This document shows positions 28,012 through 36,585 of a stretch of 64,000 nucleotides of DNA, piece after piece. The DNA comes from an uncultured Bdellovibrionales bacterium (GTDB taxonomy: Bacteria; Bdellovibrionota; Bdellovibrionia; Bdellovibrionales; UBA1609): NCBI GenBank assembly GCA_938002015.1, contig CALLAU010000020.1, positions 54,700-118,699 on the forward strand, written 5' to 3'. The notes beneath the pieces are model-generated. The model saw only the letters and a list, made by a program, of their open reading frames with translations, was not told where the DNA came from and made no database searches. Position numbers and translations under genes: made by a program. Numbering within the stretch: position 1 is the stretch's first letter; every line of letters starts with the position of its first letter.

Positions 28012-29397
28012 TTAATAGGTTTTAAACTCATTAGCTGCAAGTTTTTTAAAGTAGACCTTAGCTTGGCTTTTAATTTGTGGTGCAAGAAGCCACACAGCTA
28101 TAAGGTTAGGAAAAATCATAAGCCCTGTCATAATATCTGAGAAATTAATAACTGGAGTAACAGTCCATATAGAGCCAAGTACTGCAAGTATACAAAAAAT
28201 TATTTTATAAGGAGTGATATATTTTTTTCCAAGTGAGTATTCAATTGATGTTTCGCCATAATAAGACCAACTTACCATAGTTGAAAAAGCAAAAAGAACA
28301 GCTGCTATAGCAACAAAGTAGCCTCCAAAGCCTGGGATAACTGTATCAAAAGCATGAGCTGTTAATGGAACACCAACTAAATCTGAAGTAACGTGAACAT
28401 TAGTTGAAAGAATAACTAAGCCAGATAGAGCGCAGACAATAACGGTATCAATAAACGGACCTAAAGATGCTACAACACCTTCTCTAACGGGTTCATCAGT
28501 TACTGCAGCAGCGTGAGCAATAGCAGCTGACCCAAGTCCTGCCTCATTTGAAAAACAAGCTCTTCTTACACCTTGAAGCATAGCCATTTGAATAGAAATG
28601 ACAGCTCCGCCGGCAACAGCAGTTCCTGTAAAAGCATCACTGATGATCATTTTTATAAGTGAAGGCATAATTTCAATATGATTGCCAATAACTACTAAGC
28701 AGCCCATCACGTAACCCACTGCCATGAAAGGAACAAGAAAAGCTGTGACTTTTCCAATTCTCTTAATGCCGCCAATAATAACAAGACCTGCAAAAACCGA
28801 AAGACTTAAACCTGTTATTATTCTTGGAACTCCAAAGCTTTGATTTAGAATCTCAGCGCACTGGTTAGTTTGAAACATGTTTGTAAAACCATAACTTGCA
28901 ACTGCAATTGCAACGGCATAAAAGATAGCCATTGGTTTAAATTTTTTACCAAGGCCCATTTCAATATAATACATTGGCCCGCCTCTTATATTGCCAGCGT
29001 CATCGATTTTTCTGTAGTTTATAGCAAGAGTGCTTTCAGCAAATTTTGTAGCCATACCGATAAGCCCCGTAAGAACCATCCAAAAAAGTGCCCCTGGTCC
29101 ACCAAGTTTTAAAACAAGAGCAACTCCTCCGATATTTCCCATTCCTACAGTAGCTGAAAGAGCAGTAGTGAGAGCTTGAAAGTGAGTGATATCACCTGGG
29201 TGGTTAGGGTCGTCATACTTGCCTCTAAGAACTGAAAAAGAGTGAAAGAAGGATTGTCCTTGAATTCCAAAAATAGAGCTTCCTAAATAAAAAGTAAGAC
29301 CAACACCTGATCCTACAAGAATAAGAACAGTTGGAACTCCCCAAATATAGCTAACAGCAATTTCAAGGAAACTTTCAATATAGTTTAGTGCTTTAAT
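28012..29397 (-). CDS. Alanine/glycine:cation symporter (AGCS) family transporter
   Basis: The track ORF begins at the internal Met of the family motif TVGMGNIGGVA...GGPGALFWM. The frame stays open upstream to 29445 and encodes a family-typical N-terminus (IKALNYIESFLEIAVSYIWGVPTVLILVGSGVGLTFYLG). There is no ATG, GTG or TTG in that stretch. The start is provisionally placed at ATT 29397, 8 nt after AAGGA. Confidence 0.8.
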   Translation of the reverse strand: MKALNYIESFLEIAVSYIWGVPTVLILVGSGVGLTFYLGSSIFGIQGQSFFHSFSVLRGKYDDPNHPGDITHFQALTTALSATVGMGNIGGVALVLKLGGPGALFWMVLTGLIGMATKFAESTLAINYRKIDDAGNIRGGPMYYIEMGLGKKFKPMAIFYAVAIAVASYGFTNMFQTNQCAEILNQSFGVPRIITGLSLSVFAGLVIIGGIKRIGKVTAFLVPFMAVGYVMGCLVVIGNHIEIMPSLIKMIISDAFTGTAVAGGAVISIQMAMLQGVRRACFSNEAGLGSAAIAHAAAVTDEPVREGVVASLGPFIDTVIVCALSGLVILSTNVHVTSDLVGVPLTAHAFDTVIPGFGGYFVAIAAVLFAFSTMVSWSYYGETSIEYSLGKKYITPYKIIFCILAVLGSIWTVTPVINFSDIMTGLMIFPNLIAVWLLAPQIKSQAKVYFKKLAANEFKTY

Positions 29398-29716
29398 AAC
29401 GGGATTCCTTTTTCTTACAATATTATACTTTAGACTGGGTGAATATTAAGTCTTGTCTTTATTGTTTAAAAGTTGACGTGCGTCTTTTTTAAATAGAGTG
29501 ACGTAGAGCTAATCAAAAAAAATAGAGAATGCTTCATTAAGGGGCTTTTAAAAGCACTTAGATTAGAGTTTGCATTATAAAGTATACTAAAAACTGATTT
29601 TCTATAGATGATTGAAATGAGGTATTAAGTTAAAAGCGGACTAAGTGTGGCTAGACTAACTGTTTATCAGATCAGTCTAACTTAAACTCATTAAAAACAA
29701 GAAGTGTCTAGTTTGG

Positions 29717-30580
29717 TCACGAAGTTTTTTCTAGTCCCCATATTTTTTTTATTTCTTGTAATATCATTGTCTCGTGTTCTTTATCATTGAGGTTTAAAGA
29801 CCAATGAATTTCACGCGTTTGAGCGGTTAAGTTTAGATTGATGTAACCTTCAATACCTCGTTCAGAAGCAACTCCATAAGTTCTTAAAATTAAAAGATCT
29901 GACTTAGGTAATAAACACAAAATATTATTTCTTAGCAGCCCAATTGATTTAGTTTCTGTGTGTGCCCACAAGTAGGTTGTGTTGCCCTCTAGTTCTGAGA
30001 TTAAAGAATCGGGTGTCAAATAAAGGTTGTAGTTTGGAAGCCTTCCATTTGATCTAGAGATTTTTTTTGAATCCAGCATAAGTTTACTTATTTTAAAGTT
30101 AGAAGGAGTAAACGAACTTGGTACTTGTAGTGTTGGTATTGGATGCTCAGTGGAGGTAATCAAAGAGAGGGTGGTGTCTTTCGTTTTAAAGTCGGCGACA
30201 AGCTCAACAGAAGCTTCATCAAAGATCCAGTTGCAGAACTTTACTGGTGTAGATGAAAAAACATCTATTTCTTCAGCTTTTTCGAAAAGAGTTTCAAGCC
30301 ATTTTTTGGATGTTTCATAATTGGCTGGTTCATTTTGAAAAGTCGTCAGCTTAATTTCAAATTTTTTTGGTTTGCAGATATTGCTATGTGAGTGATGCCA
30401 GGTCTGAACAGTGAGATCACCTTGAATATTTTCTGCAAAGTGTTTAACTCCAAAAGATTTAGGTTTTGAGGTAGAAATTATAGAGCCGTTATTATTTACT
30501 GGAGGGAAGTCCTCTTCATGACTCCAATCGAGCCCTAGAGTCGTAGTTTTTTCGACAAAAATGCGCAACTTGTTGGTCAT
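29717..30580 (-). CDS. Hypothetical cytoplasmic protein
   Basis: 287-aa ORF with no signal peptide and no recognisable domain. Confidence 0.55.
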   Translation of the reverse strand: MTNKLRIFVEKTTTLGLDWSHEEDFPPVNNNGSIISTSKPKSFGVKHFAENIQGDLTVQTWHHSHSNICKPKKFEIKLTTFQNEPANYETSKKWLETLFEKAEEIDVFSSTPVKFCNWIFDEASVELVADFKTKDTTLSLITSTEHPIPTLQVPSSFTPSNFKISKLMLDSKKISRSNGRLPNYNLYLTPDSLISELEGNTTYLWAHTETKSIGLLRNNILCLLPKSDLLILRTYGVASERGIEGYINLNLTAQTREIHWSLNLNDKEHETMILQEIKKIWGLEKTS

Positions 30581-30744
30581 TGTATCTCCATTTCTGAAAT
30601 ATTATCTTGCACCCGATGCTCGAGTCAAAAGTATCTTTATTTCTATTTTAGTGGGCCTAGGTTTACTCAACTGGGGTGAATTGGTTTACAGGCCAGGAGT
30701 ACATAACAAGTTTGGGAGATTGGGACTACATTTTTGAGTGATGC

Positions 30745-31164
30745 TTAAAATCCATTTGTCCACATATCTTCTAAAAGCCATGTTGTTCTATTCTTTTCTT
30801 TTGAATTAACACCGCCATTATCTACACGAGCTTTAACAGCCTCATAAATATTTTTTGAGGTTAAACCTATTTGGATTCCAATAGTGTTATTATGTATATC
30901 CATTGCATCATGCGGAGAATTTGCATTTCTCTCACTTAAGTTTGTTACTAATTCAACCACCTTGGGTGATAGGTACTTTGCAACTATAGCACTGGCATAG
31001 GTATGTCTAAAAGCATCTTGTGGGCCGCCTCTTCTACCTGGGAGGCCTGTTTCCATTGCAATTAAATAGAAGAACAGCAATTGCAGAAGTGGCAACAAAA
31101 CTATTAGACCAAGTGCAATTACAGTTTTGTATTTTTTAAACAAAGACATTGTTCTAGAGTACAA
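30745..31164 (-). CDS. Hypothetical membrane-anchored protein with AFRH...HD..MD.HNN motif
   Basis: 139 aa with one N-terminal TM helix (VIALGLIVLLPLLQLLFFYLIAM). This is followed by GGPQDAFRHTYASAIVA...SPHDAMDIHNNTIG. An alternative start is at Met6 (31149). Confidence 0.55.
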   Translation of the reverse strand: MYSRTMSLFKKYKTVIALGLIVLLPLLQLLFFYLIAMETGLPGRRGGPQDAFRHTYASAIVAKYLSPKVVELVTNLSERNANSPHDAMDIHNNTIGIQIGLTSKNIYEAVKARVDNGGVNSKEKNRTTWLLEDMWTNGF

Positions 31165-31206
31165 ACACCCTAATCTCTAAACAACTGATTTTATTATGAA
31201 ATTAAA

Positions 31207-31283
31207 TGGCGGGGTGGACGGGACTCGAACCCGCGGCCTCCGCCGTGACAGGGCGGCGTTATAACCAACTTAACTACCACCCC
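31207..31283 (-). tRNA. tRNA-Asp (anticodon GTC), CCA encoded
   Basis: The reverse complement reads GGGGTGGTAGTTAAGTTGGTTATAACGCCGCCCTGTCACGGCGGAGGCCGCGGGTTCGAGTCCCGTCCACCCCGCCA. It folds by hand into a cloverleaf with a 7-bp acceptor stem. The anticodon loop is CTGTCAC, the T-loop is TTCGAGT and the discriminator is G. Confidence 0.95.
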
Positions 31284-31526
31284 ACAGTGGTAAGATATTC
31301 GAAGATATAGGTTTATAGTAAAAAAAAGCTCAAATCAACTAAAATTGATCTTAAGCTTTAAGATTAGGCTTAAAGATATTTTTAGCTTAAACAGCCAGCA
31401 GTGTTTAGGTTTAATTTATAAATGGCAGGTCTTTATTAGCCTTTAGTTCTTTGTTCTCTCCTTTAGAGGTCTTGCTAGAGGAGCTTTGAGTTTTACTAGA
31501 GCCGTCTTTAAGCTAGAATTTATTAG

Positions 31527-32492
31527 ATGAGAAAGTCTATATTTATAGTTTTACCAGTGCTCACTTTTTTTTGGATAGTTTTTAGCTACGGCTACTACGC
31601 TAAAATAAACACACAGGTTTCAAGTGATATTGGAAGCGGTGTGCAAGACACTGAAAGAGCTATCATCTCATACAGTGCACTGGAGAAAAACTTTGATTTA
31701 AAAGACGGGGTTGCTAAAGGCATTTACTGGGCAAGAAGAGCGCCTTCAGAAAAACCGTTTTTTTACTCTATCTGCTATCTTCATGGGTTTTCAGCTTCAA
31801 GAAAAGAACTTTCTCCGGTTATAGAACTAGTTGGTGATAAACTAGGGGCTCCTGTCGTCTTTACAAGGCTAGAGGGGCACGGAATTAAGGACAATAAAGA
31901 CTTTACTAAGGCCTCTGTTCCTGGATGGTATAAAGACGCTGTGGAGTGTTTTGAAGTGGCCTCTAGAATCGGAGAAAAGGTCATTATGATAGGGACTTCA
32001 ACGGGAGCTGCTTTAGCTAGTCTTGTAGCAGCTCATCATAAAGAACCTCATCAAATGATTCTCCTTTCTCCAAATTTCGGCATTAATAATAAATTTTTCC
32101 CTCTTTTATCAGGCCCTTTTGGACCTTTAGTAGCAAGACTTTATTTTGGAAAAGAAAGAGAGATTCCTCATATTTATAATGAAGACTTTCGCTACTTTTG
32201 GACTTCTAAATACCCTTCATCAGCTTTATCAATACTGGCAGATCTTTTAAGAAATATAGATAAAGAGTCTTTTAAAAGAATTAAAGCTCCAACACTTATA
32301 CTTACAACCCCAAAGGATAAGATCATTGATCTAGAAAAAGTAAAGGAATTTGCTCTTTTAAAAAGAGAGGGTGAGACTGTTTGGGAGAGTAAAGAAGACT
32401 TTAAAAATCATAATCTTGCAGGAGACATAGTTGATCCATCTAAAAATGAACTTCTTATTGAAATCATTTCTGATTTTATTACTAAGCACTAG
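31527..32492 (+). CDS. Alpha/beta hydrolase (lysophospholipase/esterase-like), membrane-anchored or exported
   Basis: N-terminal hydrophobic helix, nucleophile elbow GTSTG, and an HG oxyanion-type motif (LHGFSAS). Confidence 0.75.
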   Translation: MRKSIFIVLPVLTFFWIVFSYGYYAKINTQVSSDIGSGVQDTERAIISYSALEKNFDLKDGVAKGIYWARRAPSEKPFFYSICYLHGFSASRKELSPVIELVGDKLGAPVVFTRLEGHGIKDNKDFTKASVPGWYKDAVECFEVASRIGEKVIMIGTSTGAALASLVAAHHKEPHQMILLSPNFGINNKFFPLLSGPFGPLVARLYFGKEREIPHIYNEDFRYFWTSKYPSSALSILADLLRNIDKESFKRIKAPTLILTTPKDKIIDLEKVKEFALLKREGETVWESKEDFKNHNLAGDIVDPSKNELLIEIISDFITKH

Positions 32493-34677
32493 TATTACCT
32501 CTTGTTCTTTTCTTTTTAATAAAGATGAAAAAACTTTTTCTAAAAGGCTTAAAACCTTTGAAGCTAAAAAATGGAACTTAAAGAAGAAAGTCGATGTTTA
32601 CTGGAACAAACAGGGAGTTCCTTATATTTATGCTGAGAACGATCTAGATCTTTTTTATGTAACTGGTTTAGTGCAAAGTTTTTTAAGACAAGGTCAGATG
32701 GAGCTTTTTAGAAGACTTTCTCAAGGTCGGCTTTCTGAAATGATTGGAAAAAGAGGGCATGATATTGACACCCTTATAAGAACAATTGGCTATGATAAGG
32801 CCGTAGAAGAGATTAAATATAATTTTACAAAAGAAGAGAGCCTTATTCTTGAGTCTTTTGTAAAAGGTATTAATGATTTTAATAAAAAGATTAAGAAAGT
32901 CCCTCTAGATTTAAAATTATTAGGTGTTAAAGAACTAGAGCCGTGGAGTTTAGATGACCTTATAAGAGTACACCGTTTTACAAGTTCTGATGTAAACTGG
33001 ATGGTGTGGCCAAGGTTTATAAAAATTATGGACGAAGAAGGCTTTAAGGGTTTTTGGAAAGATTGGGCTATAGAAGAAAGCTTTAAAGGGGTTTCTTTAA
33101 ATCAGAATGATTTTTTAAATGAGTCTTTGTTTTCTTATGTAAGTGATGCAGGAAGTAATGCTTTTGTTATTGGGAAATCAAAATCATATTCAAGAAAGGC
33201 TCCTATTGTAGCAGGAGACCCTCATCTTGGTCTTATGGTTCCTAATTTATGGCTTTTAATTGGACAATCATCTCCAAGCTTTAATTCTTTAGGAGTTTTT
33301 ATGCCAACATTCCCAGTGCCTGTTATGGGAAGAACAGATCATCTTGCATGGACTGGTACGAACATGTGGGGGCTTAACACTTACTTTTTTAATCTAAGTG
33401 ATGATGAAATAAGTAAGCTTGGTGTAAGAAAGGAAGTGATTAAAACAAGATGGGGAAAAGATAAGATAATTGAAGTAAGAGAGAGTCTTAAAGGCCCTGT
33501 GATTTCTGACACTAAATTTTTTAGATCAAAAAAACCTGTAGCACTTTCTTGGACAGGGCATTTCTCATCTAATGAAGTAGGTTCTTTTATAAAAGCGAAT
33601 AAAGCTAAGTCAGTAAACGAGTTTAGAGATTCTTTTAAAGACTATGGCCAGGTAGCTTTAAATTTTGTTGTTGCTGATAAAGAAAACAACTTAGCTAAGA
33701 TTCATGTATTAAAGCAGCCTGTTTTAAATATAAATTCTGAAAAAAAACTTATTCAAGATAGTTTTAATTTTGTTAAAAACTTTAAGAATTCAAAAGATTT
33801 CCCAATTATTTTAAATCCTAAGAAAGGTTTTTTGGTTTCAGCTAATGAGCCTGTTTTAGGTGTTGAACCAAGTCCAACATGGTTTAGTCCTCCAATGTAT
33901 AGGTATGACCGCATTTCAGATTTAATAGGAAAAGACTTAAAGGTTGATTTAAGCGAGATTAAAAAAATTCAAAACGATGTGTTTTTAAAGCCATCAAAAG
34001 ACATGGTCTTATTTTGGAAAGAACAATACCCAAGTACTCAGCCTAGCTTTTTAGTGAATTTACTTAATTGGGATTATAAATACGAGGAAAATCTAGAAGA
34101 GCCTTATATATTTGAAGAACTAGCGGCTTTCTTTGCAAAAAAAGTTTTTAATCTTAAAAAGTTAAGTTTATCTCAAATAAAAGTTCTTATGTCGCACTCA
34201 AGCTGGAAAGAAAAATCAATAAAGGCTTTTAAGAGCCTAAAATTAAAAGAGAGGAAAGAAATTTTAATAGCTTTAGAAGCTAAGTCTAAAACTATTAATA
34301 AAAACATAAAGTGGAAAGATGTACATAAGCTTAACCTTTCACACCCTTTAGCAAAACTACCTCTAATTGGTAAGTACTTTACTTTTTATGATGGAGGTTA
34401 TCCTGGGGGTAATGAGACAGTTTTTAAAGCATTACATAAAAGTGGAGAAAATGATTATTCTACTAAATTTGGTGCTAACTTAAGGTTGATTTTTGATTTA
34501 TCTGATGAAGATAAAAACTATACGTCTTTAATGGGTGGTCAAGACGGCTACTTTTGGAGTGAGCATACTTTTGACCAATTTAGTAAATGGAGAAAAGGTG
34601 AGTATTCTCAAACATATTTTAAGAAAGAAACTGTGATTAAAACTGCAAAAAAATTAACAAGCTTAAGGCCTATTTAA
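32431..34677 (+). CDS. Penicillin/acyl-homoserine-lactone acylase family Ntn-hydrolase lipoprotein
   Basis: GVPYIYAENDLDLFYVTGLVQSFLRQGQMELFRRLSQGRLSEMIG matches the penicillin amidase family N-domain. GSNAFVIG provides the beta-chain N-terminal Ser nucleophile. The lipobox is SITSC. The TTG at 32431 follows AGGAGA by 5 nt, and the ATG at 32446 is an alternative. Confidence 0.85.
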   Translation: MIHLKMNFLLKSFLILLLSTSITSCSFLFNKDEKTFSKRLKTFEAKKWNLKKKVDVYWNKQGVPYIYAENDLDLFYVTGLVQSFLRQGQMELFRRLSQGRLSEMIGKRGHDIDTLIRTIGYDKAVEEIKYNFTKEESLILESFVKGINDFNKKIKKVPLDLKLLGVKELEPWSLDDLIRVHRFTSSDVNWMVWPRFIKIMDEEGFKGFWKDWAIEESFKGVSLNQNDFLNESLFSYVSDAGSNAFVIGKSKSYSRKAPIVAGDPHLGLMVPNLWLLIGQSSPSFNSLGVFMPTFPVPVMGRTDHLAWTGTNMWGLNTYFFNLSDDEISKLGVRKEVIKTRWGKDKIIEVRESLKGPVISDTKFFRSKKPVALSWTGHFSSNEVGSFIKANKAKSVNEFRDSFKDYGQVALNFVVADKENNLAKIHVLKQPVLNINSEKKLIQDSFNFVKNFKNSKDFPIILNPKKGFLVSANEPVLGVEPSPTWFSPPMYRYDRISDLIGKDLKVDLSEIKKIQNDVFLKPSKDMVLFWKEQYPSTQPSFLVNLLNWDYKYEENLEEPYIFEELAAFFAKKVFNLKKLSLSQIKVLMSHSSWKEKSIKAFKSLKLKERKEILIALEAKSKTINKNIKWKDVHKLNLSHPLAKLPLIGKYFTFYDGGYPGGNETVFKALHKSGENDYSTKFGANLRLIFDLSDEDKNYTSLMGGQDGYFWSEHTFDQFSKWRKGEYSQTYFKKETVIKTAKKLTSLRPI

Positions 34678-35752
34678 GTATAATTTTAGCAGCAACGGGC
34701 CAGTGGTCAGAAACACCAGTTTTGTGTTGTCCGCCATTAAATTTAGCTGGCGAGCCGTACCTGTTGTTTTGAATGCCTGAGCTACTATAAATAGTGATAG
34801 ATTCTTTATCTAACTCCCAGCCTTTTTTATCATCTAAGTTTTTAGAGAATAAGAGAGCATCAAGAAAAGACCAAGATCTTTTTCTGTGGTAGTAATGACT
34901 CCCTTTACAGTTTTTACAACCTTCAAGGTGAGAGACAAGCCATTTTGAAGAAAGATCTTTCTTAAAAAAGTTAAACTTTTCTTCTTCTTTAGAGGTGATG
35001 TTAAAATCTCCCCCTGCAATAACGATGTTATTCTTTGGTATGGTTCTTAAAATAGAGTTAAGTTTTTTTATGGCTTTTTCTCTATAATCAGAACTCGTTC
35101 CTTGAGAAGGGAAGTGAACTCCAACAACTGTGAGAACTTGCTCATTAGAGATTTTAAAGCTTGCTTCAAGTATGCCTCTAGTTGGTTTATATCTGTTAAA
35201 ATCTTGTAAATGAATTTTTGCTTTTTTGTGTGCCCTAAATTTAGAAAGAATACCAACATCAATGCCTCGTTTATCAGGGCCCTCAATTAAGATAGCCTCC
35301 TTATAACCTAGTTTATTTAAGTATTCGTCTTTAAGTTTATTTAAAACACCGATATTTTCAACTTCCTGCAATATTAAAACATCTGGACCTAGACCGCTAT
35401 TGAAACTTGAAATCACTTTTTTTAAACGACTAAGCTTTAAGTTGAGTTTAAAATCATTCCAGTTCGTATTTAAGCATTCTTTAACCCAGTAAGATTTCCT
35501 AGCTTCCTTACACTTACTAGTGATTGTTTTGTTGTTTCTCTTAAGTTTTATTGGAAGATAAGTCTCATCGTTTTTATTTGGATCATCTTTTGTATCAAAA
35601 AGGTTTTCAACATTATAAGTCATAACCCAGAGCTCAGATTTTTTTACACCCTGATTCTTTGATGACTTTGCATCTGATGTCTTTAAGCTACAAGAGCTTA
35701 GACTTAGAGTCGCTAAAAAAAAGAGAGGTATAAATACTAGTTTATGTTTCAT
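34670..35752 (-). CDS. Endonuclease/exonuclease/phosphatase (EEP) family lipoprotein
   Basis: Lipobox LSLSSC. EEP motifs present are TYNVENLF, LILQEVEN, GGDFN and SDHWPV. Confidence 0.8.
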   Translation of the reverse strand: MKHKLVFIPLFFLATLSLSSCSLKTSDAKSSKNQGVKKSELWVMTYNVENLFDTKDDPNKNDETYLPIKLKRNNKTITSKCKEARKSYWVKECLNTNWNDFKLNLKLSRLKKVISSFNSGLGPDVLILQEVENIGVLNKLKDEYLNKLGYKEAILIEGPDKRGIDVGILSKFRAHKKAKIHLQDFNRYKPTRGILEASFKISNEQVLTVVGVHFPSQGTSSDYREKAIKKLNSILRTIPKNNIVIAGGDFNITSKEEEKFNFFKKDLSSKWLVSHLEGCKNCKGSHYYHRKRSWSFLDALLFSKNLDDKKGWELDKESITIYSSSGIQNNRYGSPAKFNGGQHKTGVSDHWPVAAKIILK

Positions 35753-35761
35753 ATAAGATCT

Positions 35762-36562
35762 TTAGTTGATGTTTTCTAAAATAAATGACTTCATTTTTTC
35801 TAAATTTTTCCAGAGCATGAGATGACCATTTTTGTTAAGAATCTCAAGCTTGCCTTTTTGACTCTGTGAAAGTTTATCATAAAGCCATTCAGAGTCCTTA
35901 TAGGGAACAATTTTATCGGCTTTTCCATGAAGTAAGTGGACTTTGCTTTGTATTTTAGAAAGTCTTTGACTAAGTGAGAGGAGTTCATTTTTAAGTGCAA
36001 ACATCTCAGCATTACTGTTTCTAAAGCTAATGGGAAGTATTTTATTAATAAAAGTGTTTCTTCCAACTCTATTATACCACCTTAAAATTTTTCTTTCATG
36101 ATTAAAAGCTCCTGCTATAAGAACAGCGTCGTTAAAAGTATTTGGTCTTCTTGACATAAGATCAAGGCAAAGAGGTCCACCATAAGAGTGACCAACGCAG
36201 GAAAACTTTTTATTTGGAAAGTTAATATCTAAAAATTTAAAAATAGACTCAGAATGTTCTTTAAAAGTAGTGACAGGTGTTTTTGAAAAAGAACTTCCAA
36301 ATCCTAGGCGGTCAAAAGAGATCATATTATATCTTTTATCTAAATCAGGGTCTTTTAAATAATTTTTATATGCTAAAAGGCTTCCTGGGGTGCCATGAAC
36401 AAAAAGAAGGTTAGGTCTCCCTTTTTTATGATTATTTATGGAAAAATGTATACCGCTTGAGCTATCCATAAGGCTTTCACTTATGTTTTCTTTTGAAAAG
36501 CTATAATCAGCACTTAAAATAATAAACAATTGAAAAAACAAAAAAGTCTTAATAATATGCAT
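35762..36562 (-). CDS. Alpha/beta hydrolase, exported
   Basis: GHSYGG nucleophile elbow, HGTPGS, and late HGKAD and GH motifs. The start is moved to Met13 (36562), which gives signal peptide MHIIKTFLFFQLFIILSADYSFS and avoids overlap with thiL. Confidence 0.75.
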   Translation of the reverse strand: MHIIKTFLFFQLFIILSADYSFSKENISESLMDSSSGIHFSINNHKKGRPNLLFVHGTPGSLLAYKNYLKDPDLDKRYNMISFDRLGFGSSFSKTPVTTFKEHSESIFKFLDINFPNKKFSCVGHSYGGPLCLDLMSRRPNTFNDAVLIAGAFNHERKILRWYNRVGRNTFINKILPISFRNSNAEMFALKNELLSLSQRLSKIQSKVHLLHGKADKIVPYKDSEWLYDKLSQSQKGKLEILNKNGHLMLWKNLEKMKSFILENIN

Positions 36563-36585
36563 GTATAATATAAGACGGAAGAAGT

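Noticed and set aside
29446-31283. A possible genomic island integrated at tRNA-Asp.
   Set aside because: I saw no integrase, no transposase and no direct repeat of the tRNA 3' end in the flanking intergenic regions. Only two orphan genes lie there. The region is kept as a low-interest finding about the gene pair, not as a mobile element.
34670-34677. An 8-nt convergent overlap between the 3' ends of the acylase and EEP genes.
   Set aside because: Short convergent overlaps are common in compact genomes. It is noted in the hydrolase-block finding but is not remarkable on its own.
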